Part shown: piece by piece, positions 8,481 through 15,511 of the stretch
Layout of the letters: the number at the start of each line of letters is the position of its first letter
Numbering within the stretch: position 1 is the stretch's first letter
Origin: Pseudomonadota bacterium
GTDB taxonomy: Bacteria > Pseudomonadota > Gammaproteobacteria > UBA4575
Assembly: GCA_039030355.1 (NCBI GenBank)
Contig: JBCCEI010000001.1
Location: 1-49,878 of the forward strand
Direction of reading: 5' to 3'
Length of the DNA: 49,878 bases
Position numbers and translations under genes: made by a program
The notes under the pieces: model-generated
Database searches by the model: none
The model's input: only the letters and a program-made list of their open reading frames with translations
Told to the model about the DNA's origin: nothing

Positions 8481-8930
8481 TTATTTGTTATTTCTGAGAG
8501 TCTTATTATATCTGCCTGCAATTAAGTACCAACAACAATAAGAAGTCACAACAGCAATTATAGGTAATAGCAGAAAAAGAAAATACTCAATCCAATCTCG
8601 AAAACTTTCAGGAAGTTTGTAATTTAATGAATATATAAAAAAAGCAAAAGTTAAAATAATAGATAATAAAATTGGGGTTCTCACAAACATCCAAAAATTT
8701 AAGCAGTCGTTAATTGAAAACTTTTTAGCACGGTCTATTACAGTAGCAATGAATACGCTAGCAAATACAGAATAAACCAAATAGATAATGACTAAGATAG
8801 GACCCCATCCTAGACAGCCAGGCCCAATGTCACATAACGTTCCTAAGTAGTGGTAAATTAAGTAAACAGCGATAAATCCAATGATAGGTGCGAGCAATGT
8901 TGCTACCCATTTCCGGTACTTATCTGACAT
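8481..8930 (-). CDS. Integral membrane protein (149 aa, about 4 TM)
   Basis: Hydrophobic segments throughout. No motif recognised. Bounded by repeat copies. Confidence 0.55.
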   Translation of the reverse strand: MSDKYRKWVATLLAPIIGFIAVYLIYHYLGTLCDIGPGCLGWGPILVIIYLVYSVFASVFIATVIDRAKKFSINDCLNFWMFVRTPILLSIILTFAFFIYSLNYKLPESFRDWIEYFLFLLLPIIAVVTSYCCWYLIAGRYNKTLRNNK

Positions 8931-8943
8931 GATTCTCTATTTT

Positions 8944-9078
8944 ACATTTGTCCGCTTTGGGTCGTTAGCAGACATTTTACTCTTGAGCATTGATCTAACC
9001 AACCTGACTCTAATCAGTACGCGTCATCCAAGACGCGACTCATATTCGCACATCCATGTGCTTACCCAAAGGACATGG
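8944..9078. repeat. Third full, expanded copy of the islet repeat; contains the right copy of the 21-bp inverted repeat (9038-9058)
   Basis: Left arm TTGTCCGC-TTTGGGTCGTTA-GCAGACATTTTA (8948-8979). Central CCAACCTGACT (8999-9010). An inserted CGCGTC..GACGCG hairpin (9021-9038). Then actcatattcgcacatccatg and an inverted arm ATGTGC-TTACCCAAA-GGACAT (9056-9076). Confidence 0.7.
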
Positions 9079-9110
9079 GGAGAAGAATGATGAAATCATT
9101 CTTCTCCCCA
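9076..9110. repeat. Perfect 16-bp-arm palindrome overlapping the stop codon of ORF 9096..9707
   Basis: tggggagaagaatgat (9076-9091), loop gaa, atcattcttctcccca (9095-9110). The right arm encodes the last residues, WGEE-stop, of the minus-strand gene. Confidence 0.85.
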
Positions 9111-9707
9111 TACACCACTCTCAGGTATTGGTGGTGGTGCAAAATCGGTTTCATCTAAAGCTGCACTTTGTCCTTTAAACACTCGTTTAAGTGCTAACAA
9201 CATTTTTGGAATCTCGGAATCAATTACGTAATCAGGAATCCATTTGTTATCTTTTTCACCCATTACTTCTTGCACATGGTTTCCTGCTATGCGTCGCATG
9301 GAATAACTTGGTCCATCTTCGTTTGTAAAACCACAGTCGGAATATTCGTTCATTCGTTCGTTTAATAAATTAATAAAATTGGAACGATATTCGCCTTCTT
9401 GCACATCGGAACGGTTACTTTGCATGGTGTCGGCTAAATGTTGACCCAATGCATTAATGAAAATTTCACGTTCGGTTGCGGTCATGTCATCAAATACCAT
9501 GCGATCAGCCACATGTGCGCCAAAGGCCACAAACTCTGCAATGACATCTAAACGCTGAAAACGCGATACGGTTTCAAACCCTTCATTTTCTAAAAATAAG
9601 CAGGACTCCCCTGCTAATACCCATAGATTAAAACCAATCACCCCAGCAATTTCTTCTGGCTTGCGCTTTCTATCCGCCTGATTCCATTTGGTTTTTAATC
9701 GTGCCAT
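9096..9707 (-). CDS. Conserved-looking hypothetical cytoplasmic protein (203 aa)
   Basis: Long ORF with normal codon texture, divergent from ORF 9777. No motif recognised. Confidence 0.6.
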   Translation of the reverse strand: MARLKTKWNQADRKRKPEEIAGVIGFNLWVLAGESCLFLENEGFETVSRFQRLDVIAEFVAFGAHVADRMVFDDMTATEREIFINALGQHLADTMQSNRSDVQEGEYRSNFINLLNERMNEYSDCGFTNEDGPSYSMRRIAGNHVQEVMGEKDNKWIPDYVIDSEIPKMLLALKRVFKGQSAALDETDFAPPPIPESGVWGEE

Positions 9708-9776
9708 TTAAAGTTTGTGCAAAAATTTTAACAATCTAGTTTTAGAATCGTAGCATAGACCCCATATAATAGAATC

Positions 9777-10820
9777 ATGAATAAAACGACCCACCCACTT
9801 TGCGAAACCGTGCAAAAGAATTGTGATATTTCTGATGCGCATCATGCTGCGAATTACACCTTATGCGTTTACCTACTTAAAATGCGCGAATACTATCGAT
9901 GGGAAAATGGTTTTTCTTATAGTGACAACTTGCCAAAAGAAGATGTTGGTAACTGGGTGCAAGAACGCGAAACTCTTTGGGAAGAAATTGAGAATCAATC
10001 ATTTATTCCATTAAAGATTGATAACAAAGAATACGACCCGTTTGATACTGAGAATATAAATAAAGCACTCGCCCCCAAAGGCTACGTTTATAGTGGCGGT
10101 ACAGGTATGCGCTCCGCACCGCATTTCTTTTTAGCCAAGCTTGAAGAAAAACAAGAGTATAACGATTTCACCATGTACGTTTCGGCTGATGAATGCGCGC
10201 GCGACCTCACTGCACCTCCCGCAATGACTCAAGGAAAAAATGTTTTCATCAGGCGTGAAGCATTAAGACGCTATTTATGGGAAAAGTTTACAGAATGGCA
10301 ATGGCACAAGTATGAAAATGCCATGTCACGAGCCTTATCTTTTTATGATTTTGAAAACGATGTGGATCATGCGCTTGATCAAATGACCGATAATGAACTG
10401 GAAGCGGTCACACTGCACGAAATTGGCGAATTTATTGCCACCAAAGAATTAGGTGACGATTGGCGCGAAATGATCGTAAACTTACCTCGCTCACGCGCAG
10501 AATTTTTAGCAAGAGCGGTAAAAGATTTACTTGCAGACTGTTTGTCTACTCTTCCCGGTTTAATTGAAAATTATAATCCTGCTTCATTACATTTTTATGC
10601 GGCAAACTTGGTTACAATGCGAAAGGAGTTATTCCCTAGCTTTCATAACGCTTACCAAACCTGGGTAGAAACTGATGACCTCAAACCATTAAAGTCTCTT
10701 GTTGCCAAAGGCACACAACATTGGAGATCGCTCGCGAATGAAATGCTTGCAAATCATCGAAGCAATAATGAATTTGATTTAAAAAAATTAGAAGATCTTG
10801 TACAAAGTAATACACTATAA
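9777..10820 (+). CDS. Hypothetical protein (347 aa), translationally coupled to a 2OG-Fe(II) oxygenase
   Basis: Long ORF. Its stop lies 2 nt before the next ATG. No catalytic motif recognised by eye. Confidence 0.6.
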   Translation: MNKTTHPLCETVQKNCDISDAHHAANYTLCVYLLKMREYYRWENGFSYSDNLPKEDVGNWVQERETLWEEIENQSFIPLKIDNKEYDPFDTENINKALAPKGYVYSGGTGMRSAPHFFLAKLEEKQEYNDFTMYVSADECARDLTAPPAMTQGKNVFIRREALRRYLWEKFTEWQWHKYENAMSRALSFYDFENDVDHALDQMTDNELEAVTLHEIGEFIATKELGDDWREMIVNLPRSRAEFLARAVKDLLADCLSTLPGLIENYNPASLHFYAANLVTMRKELFPSFHNAYQTWVETDDLKPLKSLVAKGTQHWRSLANEMLANHRSNNEFDLKKLEDLVQSNTL

Positions 10821-10822
10821 AT

Positions 10823-11416
10823 ATGTCTTCCAAACCATTACAGACCATCCAAGAGGTCAAAGCGAATAGTTTTGTTTTTGAAAAACATGATGCACTCAGT
10901 GATGATTGTTGCACAGATATCGTTAAACGTTTTGAGCAAGACGAAGAAGGTCAATATAAAGGTCGCATTGGCCAACATGCTAATGAAGATAACAGTATTA
11001 AAAAATCCACTGACCTTGTGGTAAGTGGTAAAGATCATTGGAAAGATATAGATAAAGCATTATTTCAATCATTAGGAAAAGCGGTTTTAGAATTTAGAGA
11101 AACCTATCCTTTTTTTAAAGGCCCTTTCAAAGACATGGGCTATGGGGTGCAACGCACCAATGCAGGCGAACACTATCATTGGCATATTGATGGGGGCAGC
11201 CATGAATTTAGTCATCGTCAGCTTGTCGCCATTTGGTATTTAAATAATGTTGCTGGTCCAGGCGGGGAAACTGAATTTTTATTTCAAGATATCAAAATTA
11301 AACCTGAAGTTGGCAAACTAGTTTTATTCCCCCCTTTTTGGACCCATGAGCATCGTGGGGTAACGTTGAAGACAGGCGTAAAATATATTGCTACTACATG
11401 GGTCGTATTCGCATAG
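10823..11416 (+). CDS. 2OG-Fe(II) oxygenase superfamily protein (prolyl-hydroxylase-like)
   Basis: 197 aa. HxD facial-triad motif (HWHIDGG), distal His (WTHEHRG) and a basic residue downstream (VKYIATTW). Confidence 0.7.
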   Translation: MSSKPLQTIQEVKANSFVFEKHDALSDDCCTDIVKRFEQDEEGQYKGRIGQHANEDNSIKKSTDLVVSGKDHWKDIDKALFQSLGKAVLEFRETYPFFKGPFKDMGYGVQRTNAGEHYHWHIDGGSHEFSHRQLVAIWYLNNVAGPGGETEFLFQDIKIKPEVGKLVLFPPFWTHEHRGVTLKTGVKYIATTWVVFA

Positions 11417-11421
11417 TTTTT

Positions 11422-11871
11422 ATGTCAATTGTTTATCGATCCCCAAATACAAACGATGAATTTGAAAAATATTTTAAATTTCGCTGGGAAATACTGCGCA
11501 AACCTTTAGGGCTTGCACTTGGCAGTGAACAAGATAGATTTGATACTACTGCTTTTCATATAGCTGCTTTTAAAAATCAAAATATTATTGGCGTTGGGCG
11601 AATTCAAATTGAGAATGACAAAACTTCTCGCATTCGTTATATGGCAGTAGATGAAAAATTTAGAATGCAAGGAGTTGGCAGCTGTATGCTAAATGAATTA
11701 GAAGCAATTTCTTACAATCACAGCATTCAGATTTGTTGGCTATACGCGCGAGATAAAGCTGTGAAATTTTATTTAAAAAATAATTATGAAGTTAATGGTA
11801 TCGCTGATTCTGAGCTAGAAATTCCACACCAGCGCATGCAAAAAACACTTAGCCCATCACTAGCTCTGTAA
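11422..11871 (+). CDS. GNAT family N-acetyltransferase
   Basis: About 149 aa from the ATG at 11422. Acetyl-CoA motif A region (MAVDEKFRMQGVGSCMLNELE). The start was moved from the ORF-track 11398 to avoid overlapping the preceding gene. Confidence 0.7.
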   Translation: MSIVYRSPNTNDEFEKYFKFRWEILRKPLGLALGSEQDRFDTTAFHIAAFKNQNIIGVGRIQIENDKTSRIRYMAVDEKFRMQGVGSCMLNELEAISYNHSIQICWLYARDKAVKFYLKNNYEVNGIADSELEIPHQRMQKTLSPSLAL

Positions 11872-12172
11872 GCGTCATATCTCCAGATGTATCAATATCT
11901 ACAGCCTGAATACCAGGTATTTTATTTAAAATATACGCCGCCATTAGTCCTACGGTAGCCGTTTTTTCTTGCTGAATTGCAGTCAACATTTTATCCGCAA
12001 CAATTTGACAACGCTGAGTAGTATTTGGCGATTCCACCCAAGAACGGCTCATTTGCCAACCTTGATCCATGTCAGCGTCCATTTTTACAAACATTTCCTG
12101 GCCACTTGCAATCATGTCTTCCTCTATTTCAAGTGGAAATGTTTTTTCATCAATCGTTACTTTAAGTATCAT
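11849..12172 (-). CDS. Hypothetical protein (107 aa)
   Basis: ORF convergent with the GNAT gene (23-nt 3-prime overlap) and divergent from the PKHD hydroxylase gene. No motif recognised. Confidence 0.45.
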   Translation of the reverse strand: MILKVTIDEKTFPLEIEEDMIASGQEMFVKMDADMDQGWQMSRSWVESPNTTQRCQIVADKMLTAIQQEKTATVGLMAAYILNKIPGIQAVDIDTSGDMTLTELVMG

Positions 12173-12230
12173 CTGCCTGGTTTTCTATGTAATGTTGAAA
12201 ACAGTATAACGGGTTAATTGAGAACTAAAA

Positions 12231-12902
12231 ATGTTAGTACAGATCAGGCATATTCTTGGAGATACTGAGCTCAAAAATGTTAATGAATTATTAGAAACAG
12301 CTAAGTACCGAGACGGTCATCTTTCAGCTGGCATGGTGGCCAAACAAGTCAAAAATAATCAAGAAGTTTCTGATGAAAATGTTATTTCGACTTTAAACAA
12401 CATTGTAATGAACAATGTTGTTCGTCATCCAACATATCAACAAGCTGCCTTACCACATCGTATTGCTGCACCATTTTATGCTCGTTACGAAACAGGAATG
12501 GAATATGGCGAACACATTGATGACCCTGTAATGGGCGCGGCGAATGAACGTTACCGCTCTGATCTTGCGATGACGATTTTTTTAAATTCACCCGAAGAAT
12601 ATGAAGGTGGTGAGCTCATTGTCAAAACGCCCTATGATGAACAAAGTATTAAATATAATGCAGGTGATGCTGTTTTATATCCCGCAACTATGCATCATCG
12701 TGTTGCCAAAATTGAAAAAGGTGTACGTTTGGTTGCAGTGACATGGATACAAAGTCTGGTACGTGATAATGAACAACGAGATTTGCTATATCAACTGAGT
12801 AAAACGCGTGAAAAGATGTTACGTACAGATCCTACATCTGAGGATACGAAAAGAATTGATAATACTTATGTCAATTTAGTACGCATGTGGAGCGAACTTT
12901 AA
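12231..12902 (+). CDS. PKHD-type Fe(II)/2OG hydroxylase (PiuC/YbiX family)
   Basis: 223 aa. N-terminal MLVQIRHILGDTEL...DGHLSAGMVAKQVKNNQEV, typical of YbiX/PiuC. HxD (EHIDD), distal His (MHHRV) and RLVAVTWIQS. Confidence 0.8.
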   Translation: MLVQIRHILGDTELKNVNELLETAKYRDGHLSAGMVAKQVKNNQEVSDENVISTLNNIVMNNVVRHPTYQQAALPHRIAAPFYARYETGMEYGEHIDDPVMGAANERYRSDLAMTIFLNSPEEYEGGELIVKTPYDEQSIKYNAGDAVLYPATMHHRVAKIEKGVRLVAVTWIQSLVRDNEQRDLLYQLSKTREKMLRTDPTSEDTKRIDNTYVNLVRMWSEL

Positions 12903-12967
12903 GTTCCATAAATGCAACTAGCAATATTTAATATAAATTAAATATTGCACATAAAGTTATCATGCAT

Positions 12968-12996
12968 AAAAAAGCCACTCATGTGAGTGGCTTTTT
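12968..12996. terminator. Bidirectional rho-independent terminator between convergent genes
   Basis: AAAAA-AGCCACTCA (12973-12981)-tg-TGAGTGGCT (12984-12992)-TTTTT. The A-run and T-run flanks let it work on both strands. Confidence 0.8.
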
Positions 12997-13018
12997 CAGA
13001 TTCTTAATTTTTTATATT

Positions 13019-13222
13019 TTATCGTTGCGAGCCTTTTTCTTCGTGTGCCGCATCTACAACTTCATTAGCAAGCTTTGAATATTCTTCTTTAAAACCATCC
13101 AAGTCGGCTCCATCTTCGGGTGCCCAATATGATTCTGCAGTGATTTGTCCACTTTGCTCAAGCTCAATGAACTTTTTTTGCATTTCAAGCATTCTTTCAA
13201 TCTTTTCTTGTTTGGAACTCAT
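13019..13222 (-). CDS. Small acidic hypothetical protein (67 aa)
   Basis: ORF ending just before the bidirectional terminator. Predicted helical, with no motif recognised. Confidence 0.45.
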   Translation of the reverse strand: MSSKQEKIERMLEMQKKFIELEQSGQITAESYWAPEDGADLDGFKEEYSKLANEVVDAAHEEKGSQR

Positions 13223-13315
13223 ACCAAATCCTTGATGTAATGTTACATATTAATTTAATGATTTAAGCCCCTCAGTCTGTATGCCGAATTGGGTGCGACA
13301 CATTCCAAATTTGGT

Positions 13316-13645
13316 TTAGTAACCACCTTTTCTGCGACTTTCTGGCAAACCACCTATGCGGCCCGCCTGCTTACTAGGATCTCCAGGAAACAAATCATAA
13401 AGTACTTTTGCGTCTATTTTCTTCTCACCCCAAGCTTTTGCCATCGCTTTAGTCATATTACGGGTATTTGGTTGGTTACCTGCATTGTTAATGAATTCAT
13501 CTCTGAGATAATTGATGACATCCCAATGTTTCTCACTAAGCTCAACACCTTCTTCTATAGCAATTTCTAGTGCTATATCTTCAGACCAGTCTTCGATATT
13601 TACTAAAAATCCGGATGGTGTTTTTTCGATATCACTCAAGCTCAT
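13316..13645 (-). CDS. DsrC/TusE-family protein lacking both conserved C-terminal cysteines
   Basis: 109 aa. Aligns along its whole length with the canonical DsrC in this window (GFLVNIEDWSEDIALEIA..LSEKHWDVINYLRDEF vs GYLANLNDWQPDLAEAMA..LSENHWEVINFLREYY). Its C-terminus reads PSKQAGRIGGLPESRRKGGY instead of PAKQACKYAGLPKPTGCV. AGGAG RBS. Confidence 0.8.
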   Translation of the reverse strand: MSLSDIEKTPSGFLVNIEDWSEDIALEIAIEEGVELSEKHWDVINYLRDEFINNAGNQPNTRNMTKAMAKAWGEKKIDAKVLYDLFPGDPSKQAGRIGGLPESRRKGGY

Positions 13646-13735
13646 ATTTCTCTCCTAATCTGCGATATATTTTATTACTCGTTTATAAAGTTATTGCAAA
13701 CCTAGCAGTATTTTTATTCCCATAAAGGGAGATTT

Positions 13736-14437
13736 TTACGACTCTTGTGCCTCACCGACAGCGTCGATCCCCTTATGTGGCATAAATAAGCCACATCCAT
13801 ATAACCTGCCTTCACCCAATCCATGCTGTTGTAAGTGCACAGATTCCTCAACTTCTAATCCATCAATCATCAGACTGCGTGTTAGCAAGTCATCACCTGG
13901 CATGCGCAGAATATGCGCTCTCCCACACATCATCTTTTTAACGGTTATTCCCTGTTCTTCTAGTAACTGAGCAGCATGATTTAAAAATGCCTCTTCGTCA
14001 TCCATATTATCTGTTGCGACATAGCGTGCAAAGATCGTGGTTAATGCAGAAAGTGGCTTCATATGTGGTGCACTAAGCAACAAGTCATTCCCTGCAACAT
14101 TAAGTGCCTTTCCAGCTAGATTTGATGTGTCATCGATGCGGTTTTTTGGAACACGTAACATAAAACGAGTGCGCCGAGATAAACTTAAAAGCGCATCAGG
14201 TTCCTCGGGGCGAATCCAACCATTGCCAGACTCTGCACCATGAATTAGATGAATGCCCGTTTGTGGTTCCTTTGCAAACCAAGGCAAAACCGCTTGGATA
14301 ACTTGAGATAATTCATAAGCATGATCCAATGGAAGTTGTTTGCATTGCACCTTAAAAGAAATATCAACAATATCATCAGGCACTAAATAATGTTTTTGCC
14401 TCTCTTCTTGATCATTCCAGTACATAAATCTATTCAT
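13736..14437 (-). CDS. Stand-alone Cas6/Cmx6-like (RAMP superfamily) protein
   Basis: About 233 aa from the ATG at 14437; the ORF-track start at 14440 is a TTG. C-terminal glycine-rich loop GLGEGRLYGCGLF fits the Cas6 G-h-G-x5-G-h-G signature. The N-terminal VDISFKVQCKQLPLDHAYELSQVI and the overall length resemble my recollection of the Cmx6 (type I-MYXAN Cas6) family. No other cas gene or CRISPR array is in the window. Confidence 0.5.
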   Translation of the reverse strand: MNRFMYWNDQEERQKHYLVPDDIVDISFKVQCKQLPLDHAYELSQVIQAVLPWFAKEPQTGIHLIHGAESGNGWIRPEEPDALLSLSRRTRFMLRVPKNRIDDTSNLAGKALNVAGNDLLLSAPHMKPLSALTTIFARYVATDNMDDEEAFLNHAAQLLEEQGITVKKMMCGRAHILRMPGDDLLTRSLMIDGLEVEESVHLQQHGLGEGRLYGCGLFMPHKGIDAVGEAQES

Positions 14438-14630
14438 CAATTTTATTTGCTGAAGTAAACACAGCTTCTAAAATATCTTCCCAATTTTCGGGTGTATCTT
14501 GAAATGGTGGCCGAACATCCATACGAAAAAACATTTCACCTTGTTTAACTTGTTCAGTGAGCTTGTTTTTTAACTCCTCGAAAGATTTAAGCTCATGATG
14601 CTCCATAAGCAATTCACTTAACCACAACAT
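14430..14630 (-). CDS. Small hypothetical protein (66 aa) coupled between the TauD-like and Cas6-like genes
   Basis: Its ATG overlaps the TauD-like stop (TGATG). Its stop overlaps the Cas6-like start by 8 nt. Confidence 0.5.
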   Translation of the reverse strand: MLWLSELLMEHHELKSFEELKNKLTEQVKQGEMFFRMDVRPPFQDTPENWEDILEAVFTSANKIDE

Positions 14631-15511
14631 CAGTGGTTTACCTCATTTTTAAAGATATTTGAACAATTCACACGATTATAAAATCGACCACGATATAACA
14701 ATCGTTTTTGCTTTTCATCATCTTCATATGATGTGCGTTTATGCAAAACGTTATTACAAATCACACCTTCTTTTGCATTTAATCGATAATTAAACATATA
14801 ACTGTTCTCATGCAGAATTTCAGTTAAACATGCTATTGCGTTTTCCACTTGTTTGTCTTTTTTCCAGTTTATGTTGCGCTTGCGCGCTGTATAACGCATG
14901 CATAAGTGTTCGTCGTTATCGAGATAAAACACCGGCCCAGTTTGTACTGGGCGATCATCTTCCTCATTTGCCGGAATGGTCATCACATCATCTTGCATTA
15001 ATGCACGTATGTAATCCGAGTTTTCATCGCGCAGTAAAATGTAAGCGATTTCCGGATCGAGATAAGTATTTTCACCACCACTCTTTGCAGGTCGAACACA
15101 ATGCATTAAAAACGAGTGAATACGTTGTTGTGTTGCATTGTAATAACCATCCGTATGCCAATTAAGCGCTTTACTTGTGTATGGAATGTAATTTGAGTTC
15201 TTCCCTTTGGTGTCTTCAATTGCCGAGAGGTGATCTTCGTCCGCACATATATTTGCGTCTAGTTGTTGTAGTCCTAATTGTTGAGCTAAAGCCAATATGG
15301 TTTGCCTAGGATCTGATGCTTTTTTACAGCGATAAATAACCATATTGGCTTTTTCGCAAACGCCTTTTAAACTGCTAATCTCTTTATCCACTAATTTTAT
15401 AGGGTTATTTAGCTCAATAATTAGCTCATTTTCCCGACAAGGAAAACGATTTAATTTTTGCTCACGCCATGCTTGATAAGCATGCACGTCATTTAAGAGA
15501 TAGGGCGGCAT
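14630..15511 (-). CDS. TauD/TfdA-family Fe(II)/2OG dioxygenase
   Basis: 293 aa. HxD motif in LNWHTDGYY, distal His in NNVLHKRTSY, and Arg in RLLYRGRF. First gene of the operon divergent from dsrA. Confidence 0.7.
   Translation of the reverse strand: MPPYLLNDVHAYQAWREQKLNRFPCRENELIIELNNPIKLVDKEISSLKGVCEKANMVIYRCKKASDPRQTILALAQQLGLQQLDANICADEDHLSAIEDTKGKNSNYIPYTSKALNWHTDGYYNATQQRIHSFLMHCVRPAKSGGENTYLDPEIAYILLRDENSDYIRALMQDDVMTIPANEEDDRPVQTGPVFYLDNDEHLCMRYTARKRNINWKKDKQVENAIACLTEILHENSYMFNYRLNAKEGVICNNVLHKRTSYEDDEKQKRLLYRGRFYNRVNCSNIFKNEVNH

Noticed and set aside
6570-9110. Calling the islet a bona fide integron cassette array with attC sites.
   Set aside because: I could not find the canonical inverse-core RYYYAAC and core GTTRRRY at the repeat ends; the nearest are GCTAAC and GTTAGCA inside one arm, and GTTATCG after only one copy. 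No intI or attI is in the window. It is kept as a hypothesis in the findings, not as a feature call.
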